Assembly: GCA_004431415.1 (NCBI GenBank)
Contig: QPMI01000560.1
Span: forward strand, 434,001 to 498,000
Direction of reading: 5' to 3'
Origin: Cyanophora paradoxa CCMP329
Taxonomy: Eukaryota > Plantae > Glaucophyta
Length of the DNA stretch: 64,000 nucleotides
The translations under genes and the position numbers were made by a program. Shown here in pieces: positions 9,218 through 20,200 of this stretch (position 1 is the stretch's first letter; each line of letters opens with the position of its first letter). The notes under the pieces are model-generated. The model was not told where the DNA came from. It saw only the letters and a list, made by a program, of their open reading frames with translations, and searched no databases.

Positions 9218-12200
9218 TCAAGCGGGGAAGAGGCCCGGGGGCCGGTAGGGCCGCGTGGGGCGCAGGGGGAAGGAGGAGGGCGGGGGGGCGGGGACGGGCT
9301 GGGCGGATAGTGGGGAAAGAGGGGCGCCAGGGCCAGGACCCTCCTCGGACGAGGCTGGCGAGGCGGGCTCCAGCGCCGGCGGCGGAGAGGCGGGGCCCGG
9401 CGCGCCCCGCTCAGCCCGCGGCGGCGTCACCGGGGGAGAGGAGAGGGAGGGGCCGGCAGCCGGCGGGCCGTCGAAGGGGCGGCGGCACTCGGGGCAGCCG
9501 TTGCCGGGCGAGAACGCCCGCCACTTCTGAATGCAGGGCCCGTGGAAGCGGTCTGCGGGGGGCGTGAGACGGGGGGCGCATGCGGGGGGCGGGGCGGGCG
9601 GGGCGCACGGGTGCAGGGGAGGGCGGCGGGGGGCGGGCCGGCGGAGAGCGGCTCGAAGCAGATGGCGCACTCGAGGCCCGCCTCTTCGGGGGCTGCCGTG
9701 GGCCCAGCGGGCCCCGCCTCGTGGCGATACCTGCCCCCCGCCCTGCGTGAGAGAAGCGGGAGAGGGCGGGGCGGTGCCGGCCCCGCACCGGCAGCGGGCG
9801 CCGTCGCGGCAAACGCCAGCGGCGAAGAAGCGGCACGGGGCAGCCTGCGCGGGCCGCCGCGAGCTCGACGCCGCCTCGGCGTCGATCCCAGCTCCGTGTT
9901 GGAACCTGCGGGGGGCGTGGGCGGGGACCTAAGCGGCGAGGCGAGGCGATAGGCCCACCGGCAGCGCGCGCCGTCGCGGCAGAAGCCGGCGGCGAAGAAG
10001 CGGCACGCCGCCGCGCCCCTGCGGGCGGCCTGCAATTCGCGCCGCTCCGCCCCACGCTGCTGCTCTTTGCGCCGCCGCTCAGCCTCTGATGCCTGCCGCC
10101 GCGCCTCCTCCTCCCGCCGCCGCTCCTCGTCCCGACGCCGCTCCTCGTCCCGACGCCGCTCCTCCTCTTCCCGCAGCTGCTTCTCCCGAGCGAGCGCCTC
10201 CTCGCGCCGGCGCTCTTCCTGCCGCCGCTCCTGCTCCCGCCGGCGCGCATCCTTGCGCTCCTGCTCCTCCCGCCACAGCTGCTGCTGCCGCCGCAGCTCC
10301 GCCTCCCGCTCCTGCTCCCGCCGCTGCTCCTCCAAGCGCCGCCGCTCCTCCGCCTCCTTCTCACGTCGTTTAGCTTCCTCTTTCCGCTTCGCCTCCTCCC
10401 GCTGCCGCCGCAGCTCTGCTTGCCGCTCCTGCTCGCGCTGCTGCTGCTGCGCCAGCCGCTGTGCCTCGTCCTCCTCCCGCTGCCGCCGCGCTGTCTCCCG
10501 CCGCGCCTCCTCCTCCTCACGCCGCTTCGCCTCCTCGCGCCGCTGCAGCTCCGCCGCCATGTGACGCCGCAGCTCCTGTACCCTGCCGCCGCCCCTCAGC
10601 TCCGCGCCGCGAGAAGCAGCGGCGAACTGCGCACCGGCGGAGGGCGTCGGCGCCGGCGCCCGAGCCGGCGAGCTCCCGCTCCGCCCGCTCCGCCTCCCGC
10701 CCGGCCGCCTCCAGCTGGCCCGCCCCCGCCATGCACTCTGCGGGGCCGGCGGCGTCAGGGCGATCTGCAGCCCGCGGACAGCGGCCGGGCGGCACACGAA
10801 TGCGAAGCAGGAGAGCCTCGAAGTCGTCCGGCGACCGCTGCGAACCCCTTACAAGCGGCTGGCCACGGCGGCGGGCGCCGTGCGGACCTTCAAAAGGGCG
10901 TCGAGGAGCTTGCGGGCGGGAGCCCACAGCGCGCCCTCCACGTGCCGCCGCGCCGCCTCCTGCCGCGCCGCTCGGCGGGGGGCGGCGGGCGAGGGACAGG
11001 CGGGGGCGCGCACGCGGTCGGCGGCGTGGCGGGCGGCGCGCTCGGCGCGCTCGGCCTCCCGCCGCGCCCGCTCGCGCTCCTCCTCCGCCCGCTGCCGCTC
11101 CTCGCGCTCCAGCTTGCGCTGCTCGAGCTTGTTCGAGACGTGGGTCTTGGGGCCGTCGGAGTCTATCTTGTCGACTTGCCAACATTGTTGGCAGCTGCAG
11201 CCGGACTCCTTTTCGCGAATGATGCGTTCCTTCGTAACAGGGCGGTGAGCGAGGCCCGCGGCTGCGCAGAGCGTGGCGGGGGCGGAGACCATTGTCTTGG
11301 GCGGAATGTAAGGCGGGGGTCGCTTATTAACCCGCGCCCATTCGCACACGAGCTACGGACAGTCGTTCGTGAGGGGCGCTGTCCGGAGGCGGGCAGACAA
11401 GGGGACCCAACAGCGCGGCGCGTTGTGCACCTTGTTGATGGTCCTGCTGGGGTTGTAGTGGGGAGGCAGCAGATATAACGCCCACAACAAGCCGAGATGC
11501 TCTCCGACCTGCGGGTGGGTGGGGCCCAGAGCGGCCTCGAGGATCGCCCACCCGCGCTGTGGCCGCGCTGAGTTGGGGGTTGGGCGTGGCGAGGGGCCGA
11601 GCCGCACGCGGGCGTGGGGCTCGACCAGTTCGAACGGCTTGCGGGCGTAAAGTTGGCTTTCGGCGAGTAACGTGAGGGCGAAGCCGAGGCGGCGGTGTGC
11701 CGGGCCCAGGCGCCGCTCCGTCTCCGACACGAGCCGCTGCCTGGGGTGAGGGGCTGGGTGAGGGGGGTGAGGGGGGAGGAGGCGCACCTGCGCGATGGCT
11801 TCGGAAGCTGAGAAATCTTTCAGCTGGCGCCAGAGATGCGCGAGACCAATCGCAGATTCTTCAAGGTCGCCGCACTCGAGACAGGCAGGGCACACGCGCT
11901 CCGCGATTACGAAAGCCATCTGCAGGTCGCCTCATAAGCGCGTGGGCGGGAGCGATGCCGATGCAGAAGGGACCTGCAGAAGGGCGATGCCGCGATGGCT
12001 CCGCCCCGCGTCGCCATGGTGCCTTCCGAGGTGTACGAGATGCCGGAGGACGGGCAGCGTGCAGCAAAGCCGCGCGATCGCCGCCTCGTCGCCCGCCTCC
12101 CGCTCGTGCGCGAACGCCGCCTGCGGGGCGCCGGCGTGGGCCGAGAGCCCCAGCACCGGCAGAGCGCGGACCGGACCTTGAAGTACGTCTCCGCGCCCTC

Positions 12201-12900
12201 GAGGTCCTTCAATTGATGCAGGCACACGCCAAGCGTGTACTCCGTCTGGGCGGTCTCCACGTGGACGGGCTCGTCACTCTCCTGGAGAAACGCGAGCGCC
12301 CACTGCGAACTTTTGTGAAAGGAGTTCAAGGAGGCGGCGCGCGCGGGGCTGGCGCGGGGACGAACGAGGAGGACCCGCTTGGCGGCGGGATGATCGCCCT
12401 TTTTCGTGTAGATCATGGCGAGGAGCTCGGCGTGGCTCGCGAGGGCGCCGAGATCGCTCGCCGCCCGCAGCCGCGCGTCCTCCGCGTACAGCGCCAGCGT
12501 TGGCTGCGGCCGCGGGCGCTGTGTGATAGCGAGGCTGAGACGAGCCAGCGACAGTCGCACCTCGTACAGCCTGATGGCCTCTTTCAGAATCGCTTCTGCG
12601 TTGTCCGCCTCTTCAGGCGCTTTAGCCGCATGGAGATGGGCGAGGCGGATCGAGGAGGCGGCGGTCAAGGCGTGCTTCCGCCCAAGCGTCTTCTTGATCG
12701 TGCGCACGTTCTCCTGCGCGCGCGAGGCAGTCGGCTGGCGTGTGAAAGCGAGGGCGAGGGACGCGGGCCTGTGTCTCGGCAACGATGTGGGGGATTTTGA
12801 TGTCATCCGCTATAGAGGCGAACGTGCAATCCTGTAATGCAATGACGAGCGCCTTGCAACTGCCGCACACGCTGTCCTGCGTGCATGCGCATTTATCCAT
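9218..12900 (-). CDS. TPR-like/coiled-coil/CCCH/RING-H2 protein, copy B (2 CCCH, longest coil)
   Basis: CACTQDSVCGSCK, KTLGRKHALTA, EYTLGVCLHQLKDLEGAETYFK, LGPAHRRLG, two CRFFAAG.CRDGARCR motifs, RING CAICFEPL..HRFHGPCIQKW..CPECR. Start could extend to ~12993. Confidence 0.8.
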
Positions 12901-13143
12901 CGCAATGACGCTGCGAGCTGCGAGCGTGCGCGACGCGCATTTCTTGCAGGCATTGCACATGCTGTCGTGCATGCGCATTGCCATTGCGCCCATTGTGACG
13001 GGCGAGCGAGGGCAGGCGTGGCTGGCGGAACAGGAACCACCGCGCTTCGAACCCGCGATCCCGGGCAGCCGAAGGTTAGGCGAACCCGCGATCCCGGGCA
13101 GCCGAAGAGCACGGGAGACTCGTATAGAACTCGCCAGCGTGCG

Positions 13144-14915
13144 ATGACGGTCCCCGACGTGACGCCGGGCTTGGGCACCCGGTGCGCGGGACCGGCGCGG
13201 TCTATCCTCCGGACAGAAACTGGGCGTTGGCGGGCAGCCTGATAGCGGATGCGGTGCGCCGCCGTGCGCGGCACCGTGCGCCCGCCGCTCCGAGCTACTG
13301 GCTGCGCATGCACCGCTCCGGGGCAGGAATTCGAACTGGGCGCTGACCGGCAGCCTCATAGCGGACGTCGACGCGGTGCGCATGCGCTCGCCGCTGGCAG
13401 CTCCGAACTGCGCCGCGCGCGCGCGGCCGCCAGCGGAGCAGCGGATCGGATGCTATGATCATGAGCTAGCGCTGCGGCTCGCGGAGGAGCGGGGGGAAGA
13501 AGGAGCTCGAGCGGGGTGACGCGCGCGGCGGAGGCCTAGGCCTAGGCCTACTAGGCTAGGCGGAGGGGCGGGAGGCGTGGCCGGCGCACCTGCGGCTCGG
13601 GGCGCGGCTGCTCGGGCCGGGCGCGGCGGGGCCGAGGCGGCGCTGCTGCGGGGCCGGGCTTGGCGGCGCCGGCGCTGGACGCAACGGTCACGCTGGCCAT
13701 GGAGCTGCTCGAGCTCGCGCGCTGCGGCGGCGAGCTCGGCCTGGCGCCTGGCGCGGCCGGCGAGGCGGCGGGGCCGGGGCGCTGGCGGAGGGGCGGGCGA
13801 TGTGGGGCCACTCGTGCCGGTGCCCGCACTTCGACGCCGGCGGCTCGCACGAGCCGGCGGCCCTCCTCGCCGCGGCGCTCGCCCTCTACGGCGCCTGCGG
13901 CCTCGACGGCGAGCCGCTGCGGGCGCGCTTCGCGGCGGCGGCGGCTGCTGCGGCGGCGGGGCGGGGGCGGGGCGGGGGAGGCGTGGCGGGCGGCGAAGGA
14001 GGCGGCGTGCACGTGGGGGAGCTGGAGCGGGGCCAGGGGTACCGGGGCGACTACGTGGCGCCCGGGGAGCTCGCGCTGGGGGCCTCCCTCTCGGCGGGGG
14101 CCTTCGGGGAGGTCTGGCGCGCCCACTGGCGCGGCCGCCCCGTCGCCGTCAAGGCCCGCCCCCGCCCCGGCCCCGACCCACTAACCCCTCCTGGCCCGTC
14201 GCTGGCTGAGGGGCCGGGGGCGGGGGGCAGGTGGTGCGGCTGCGGGAGGCGCGGGCCGTGCGCGCCTTCCTCAAGGAGGCCTCCCTCCTCCGGTCGGCCC
14301 GCCCCGCCCCGCCCCGCCCGCCCCCGCCGCCCTGAGGCGCCCGCCTGGCCGCCCCCGCCCGGCCGGGCCGGGCCCGCCCGACGGGGGCCAGGCTTCGGGT
14401 TCCTCGTGATGGACCACAGCCCCCACGGCGACCTCCGGGGTACCGCCCCGCCCCCCCCCCCCCCCCCGCCCGTACCCCCGGCGAGCCTCCCCCGGCAGGG
14501 TACTTGGCGCGGCGCCCGGGGCTGCGGGTGGGGGAGCGGGCGGGGCTGGCGCGGGACGTGGCGGCGGCGCTGGCGCACCTCCACTCGCGGCCCCGGCCCG
14601 TCATCCACTGCGACCTCAAGCCCTCCAACGCGCGCCAGAGCCTGTACCCCCTGCTCCTCCTCTTACTCCGATCCTCGTTACAGGTGCTGGTTTCGGGGGA
14701 CGGGCGGGCGCAGGTGTGTGACTTCGGCCTCGCGAAGGCCCGCATCGCCTCCCTCTCCGGCGCCGCCCGCCCCGCCTCCTCTGCCTCCTCCTCCTCCGGG
14801 CCCTCCCAGGGCTCCCTCTTCGGCACCCTCCACTACACCGGCCCGCCCCTACCCCGCTTCTCCCCCCCCCGCTGACGGGGTACCCCCGCAGCACCGGAGG
14901 TGTTCGCGTTCGACT
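13144..14915 (+). pseudogene. HEPN-like/TKL kinase gene copy B, 5' part (interrupted by the LTR element)
   Basis: Duplicated early exons, many 6-bp palindromic insertions, SVEHPNVV exon deleted; HCDLKPSN and DFG present; broken in the APEVFAFD exon at 14915. Confidence 0.85.
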
Positions 14916-15174
14916 TATCGCAAGGGAGGTTGGACAGCCCCTCGCGCGCAGCCGTGGGCCCGGGATCAGCCACGAGGTTGCCACGGTGCAGGACAGCTGT
15001 AGGGATTAAGAGACTGAGGGGTACAGGAACATCAGGGACTTAGCTACAAGAATGGAACGGAGCGCCTAGCTATACCGTTGCGCTCACCGCTCCGGCAGCG
15101 AAGGCCGCGAGGCACAGGGCTGCAACCTAGCTACTAGGCCGGGCCTAGCTAGCTGAACAATGCCTCATGCAACA
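14916..15174 (-). repeat. 3' LTR
   Basis: tatcgcaaggg...catgcaaca, identical to 26836-27093 except for one extra G. Confidence 0.95.
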
Positions 15175-15188
15175 ACTCCTCACTCTGC
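15175..15188 (-). other. Polypurine tract (PPT)-like site
   Basis: The minus strand reads GCAGAGTGAGGAGT immediately before the TG of the 3' LTR. Confidence 0.65.
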
Positions 15189-16967
15189 GGTCAACTCGTC
15201 CGCGAGTTGAATCACCCCAGAACCTATGCAGCAAGCGCGCGTTACGCAGGAGCGATCGCAAGCTATGAGCTTTGAAATGCAGGATGTAGACTAAGCAGCA
15301 ACCTCACCGCCCGTGGGGGACACACCAGCCCACGCGCCCGGTGGATACAGACGGGAAAGCTTAATGAGCCGCCCGCACGGACTCGAAACGACGGCACGAT
15401 CCGGGTTCCCCGAGCCCAAGGCCTGTGCTACGCACGGCCCCGCACACACAGAGCAGGTTCAGAAACTCGGGACTGGGGATCGAGCCGCCGGAAGGAGGGA
15501 CAGAGGGGAAACGAACAGTGCCCGCCGAGGCCTCGGGGCGGGCACCCCCACAATGTCCAACACGCGATTCGACCAAAGCAGCATTATCACGAGGGCCGCT
15601 GAGGTCCCGACGTCGGGCCAAGCTATAGTGCCCAACCAGCCGGCTACGCAGGTCACGAGCCCGCGGGTTATTTGACGACTCAGACGGCTCCGGCCCCGGG
15701 GCCTTCACAACCGAACGGTCCTTCCCAGAGGCGGCACACAGCGGCCAAAGGGGCATAGCCCGCGAAGAGCAACCACACACAGTGCCCGTACGGTAGCGCG
15801 CGGCAGGCGGGCCACCGCCTAGGGTTTGCTCAACCGCGTCCGACGTGGCCAAGGGAAGGCCACGAATTGACAGCACGCTCGGGCCCAGGGAATCCTGCCT
15901 CCTGAAGGCCACGGCCAGCGGCCCGCGCGAATTGACCGCGACTTTGGGGTAATTCTCAGGCGGAGCCCCACGCCAGCGCTCACACAGAGCATCACTCGAA
16001 CGCCTCAGCATCGTCGTCGCCGTAGACGACCACCGGTTCCATCTAGACGTCAACCACGTGCAGGTAGGGCGCGACGTAACAGCCGCAGAAGTCTCAAGGC
16101 CAGGTACAGGCACAGGAGCCCACCCCGTAGACCGTCGTCATCAATCGAATCCCGCAACAGCGTCGGCGTCGACGTTGGACGTGTACGTGCCGATCGGATC
16201 GGGCATGAATACCTCAAGCTCATGATCAGGAAGCCAGAAGGGATCTCGAAGAACAGCACGCAAGGTGCCTTCGAGGAGAGGTTGCTATCGTGTTCCCGAA
16301 CTCGAGGTTGATCATATGCATGATCATGAGCCAGATGCGAATTCGGAGTCGACGTTGCGATCGTGACCCGACGGCCTCATATTCCTCAGGGCAGCGATAT
16401 GCTAGCCGCAAATCGTGTTCACGTGCACGCCATCTTGAGGTGGACACCAACCGACGACACCCTCTGGATCCTTGATCGACCACGCAGAGGGGGGTGATGA
16501 GTAGCAGGGGCAGCGAATACGGTTTTGTTCTACTCGAATTTTGTTGTTGATGATGGTGATATCGATGATCGCCGTGAGCGCTTAGGACAGGCCTTGGTTG
16601 CGATCGTACGGGGAGAGGCCGTCGTTAGGGGTGAACAGATCTAGATGACCGCGGGCCACGGGCCCGGCAGTAGTGGACGAGCGCTAGCTCCACCCCGTAT
16701 ACGTAGTGAGATGGACAGTTAGTATTGGCGCGCGTCAGAGAGTCGGGGTTCAGGTCGTCCGGGTTTTCCTCGGAATGGAGAGCGAAGAGATTCGTGGCAA
16801 TCAGAATGACTCAGTGATGTCGCAGCACGGCAGGGGCCAGGTTGCGATTGGAAGTCGGCCCAGGCAGCCCAGCGGCTGCGGGAAGCTTCGGGGTTGTACA
16901 TGTAGAAGGCTCCGTGAAGAGAGAAGCTTTGGGGTGCGACTCGACGGCGATCTTGAGGAGGAGCCCA

Positions 16968-17200
16968 ACTCCTCCTCTGCGGAGACTCTCAGCCCCTTGC
17001 TTCTTCTGAGGCCCTGAGGTACTAGATCTCTAGGAGCAAGTAGTCCCAGATGCACATGCCGCGCAGTGAATGTAGATCGATGTCTTACGAAGGGCGTAGT
17101 TCTAGCACGGCACAATTGTTCTCGATGCGCGCGAAGGGCGATGCCGACTCCTCCTCTGCGGAGACCTGCAGCCGACTCCTCCTCTGCGGAGACCTGCAGC
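16968..17200. repeat. Three copies of actcctcctctgcggagac, including a 28-bp tandem duplication
   Basis: Copies start at 16968, 17147 and 17175. Confidence 0.85.
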
Positions 17201-20200
17201 CCCGGGCTTTCCTTGTGCGTATGCGAGACGCGGACGTCATCGCGAGGAGCAGGTGATCGTGAGGAGCTCGAGCCTCTGATTTGCCCGTAGGGCTTGGAGG
17301 CCCTAGGGCTACTCCCCTTTTTCCGAAGGCACCGTCCGCGGTGCCCCAACCAGGTTTCCAATATTAGTTGTGGTCTGAAGCTTTGTAGACACCGATGTCG
17401 TAGCCCGTGGTCGATCGCGATCGCGAGATCCGACCGTCGGACGTCGATTGCGGCTAGCGATCGATGAATCCGATCGCGAGGGCGTGGGGGCCTCGGAGAT
17501 GAGTACGTATAAGTACTAGTAGACTTGTTGCTGCCTCAAGGTAGCGCTAGCTCGCTGCTTCATCCGATCTTCCCTCCATTTAGTGAAGGCGCCGTCCTCG
17601 GTGCCTCAAGCTTGGTACGGTGCGCGCCGCGGCGGTGCGGAGAGAAATCATCTGGCCATCGGAGGATCGAGATCGCTCCGCTACATCCAGCGTCCCCACC
17701 GATCGTGAGGCCGGAGGTCGCGGGTCTAGAATCCGCTCGAGCCCGATCACGAGCGGGCGATCGAGCTCAAGGTTCGAGCCCATACCAGATCCGAGGATCC
17801 GGAGAGGAAGCGCTTCAGAGGCAGCGTTCGGCGGGTTGCTACAGTAGCCTAGTAGATGTAGAAGGGCTTCGAAGTCCGTGATGAAGTATGCGTAGCAGAT
17901 CCCATGATCGTCCGGATCCCGATCGGCAGTACCGGTGCACGTGGGGGCAGCTTGGCGCAGGGCTCGGGCATGCCCTGACCGCGTTCGGCCATTCCGGATC
18001 CCGTCCACCCGAAGCAATTGCAATTCATAATTGCAAACTTGCGGAGAGTGGAGTGGCACACTCCTGGCATACGTCAATGTGCCTGCCGGGCGCGACCTCG
18101 AGCTCAGGGCGGATCGGGCCGGGTCGCCGGGTGTAGCGGTCACGGAATTCGAAGAGCCGGCAGCGGATCGCGCCCCGGCCTGGCTCGGGCCTGGGGATGC
18201 CGTCTTAAGCTTCCGGCCCTCGGTCCGTGATGTCGATCTGGAGCTTGAGATCGCGAGGCCTAGGGGAGCAGGACTTCGGCACGAGGTTGAAGCGGAGTTC
18301 GAAGCCCGATACACACGCTCCTCGCGTTTGAAGCCAACGGATCCCAATTGCAAGGGTCAAGACTTAGACACAGACCCTCTCAAGTTCCAGCAGGGGTTCA
18401 ATTCAAAAGTTGCGAGCCTCCGTGCACAGGGCCGCGCGTGGACTGTGCCGTCTTCGGCGCGTGGCGATCAGGCCTGTCACGATGCGCGGGGGCCGTCGAG
18501 GTTCATGGAGGGCCCAAATCCCCCCAGGATATCGACGGTGCGATGAGGTTGCCGATCGCGATGTGCATGTTGAGCTCGGTCGCGAGGGCCGCAGGCCTCT
18601 CGTGGCTGATTGCACGATCGTGAGTGCACGGTCCGGATCCAGATCTAGACCTAGAGGTCGTGTGCTCGCAGTCGGGGTTGCAGGACGTCCAGGCCTCGAC
18701 TTAAGTAGCCTGGCCCGTGGAGGCCGGTGGATGCAGCAGCCGGGCACGTCGACGTCGACGTCGCCGCCTCGTGATCTTCCGCCAGCTCTTGCTAGCGTTC
18801 GCGATCAGCAGACGCAAGCCAGCTCGGCCTTGGAAGGGCTGGGGTCCTCGCGATATCGATCGCGATCGGCCACGGCCGTCGACGTCGGGTGGCATTAATA
18901 TTAATATTTCGAATTCGGAAGTCGGATCACGAAGCGGTGCTCGCGACCGCCCCACTGAGGCGGTCCGGGCCTGCCCCGCCGCAGTACCAGTGGCTTGCTC
19001 GAAGCTTTCAGCAGCCTCGATCATGTGGCTGGCGAGGGCTTGCAGGAGCTTGCAGGTCCCTTGCAAGTTGCAGGAGCAACGCGCCGCGGCGTGGGCCCAT
19101 GCTTTTAAGGCCAACATGGTGCGCGTGGGGGGGGACCCTGGAGATGTCGACACCAGCGGATCGGGGTCCTCCTCTGTGGAGATTGGCAGCCCTTCGCAAG
19201 AAGGAGCCCCAGCCGCCCGGTGGCCCGAGCTTCGAATTCCTGATCCATGATTAATATTGGGATCTTCTGGTGTTGTTGGCAACCGCGGCCGGTTGTAGGC
19301 AGCGGGGAGGGCCGGGCCGCGGCACGACCGGCTTGTCCGGCGGTCTTTCGCGAGCTCGAGGGGAAGGTCGCGCATCCCCATGATCAGGCCTAGGGGCCGG
19401 GGGCGGCTCCAGCCGCAGGCTAGGTGGCACCGGTCCTACGGTACCCGGCGGGTCCGACGGTCCCCCTCCAGCCAGCTCGAGCTCAAATTCGTGTAAGAAG
19501 CTCGAGTTGAGAAGCTCGAATTTGATCATGATTCGGTTTCGCGGCCGTCTGCGACTGCAAGCTCGAGGCCCGGTCATCGACGATCACTTGCCAGGTGTGC
19601 ATGCGCATGTGCAGGTCCCCATATGCATCCGGATCCACGACCACGACCTCATTGCCCAGCTCGTGAGGTCGCATATGTACAGAGGTGTCTGCAGCTGGCG
19701 CGTGCCGCACGGCGGCCGGCGGGAGAAAGCTCTTCACGGTGCGGCGTGTCGATGTCGAGGAGCCGGCCTCAGCGACGTGCTCCTCGACCTCGTCGCGCGC
19801 GGCCCAGCAGCGCGTAGCCGGCCGCCCACAGTGGCGCCACCAGATGGGCGACGCCGAAGCTTAAGCCCGCGCGATGAGGCCTTGGCGAAGTGGGGGCGTT
19901 GTCTGTCGCCGAGCCTGGATCAGGCGGTTCCGATCCGCGCGCGGTAAGCACCTCCAGCGCTTCGTTTTAGCGCCTGCATGCCTTTGCGGTACTAATGCAT
20001 ATCGTTCGGTTTTCTGGAGCTGAAGACCTCATTGGCCACCTCGAGTTTCGGGTCACCGGGTGCACGTGTGGACTGGATCCTTGAGGGCTCGGTCTTGCAA
20101 GCGTTGTATAGGATGCATATGTGCAAGCTTGTTGCCCAGGTCATCATCGCCATATGCATCGATCCTCGGAGGCCTGGGCCCGTGGCTCAGAAGGAGCGTA

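Noticed and set aside
16968-17200. CRISPR-like repeat-spacer array
   Set aside because: Only three irregularly spaced copies, eukaryotic context, no cas genes.
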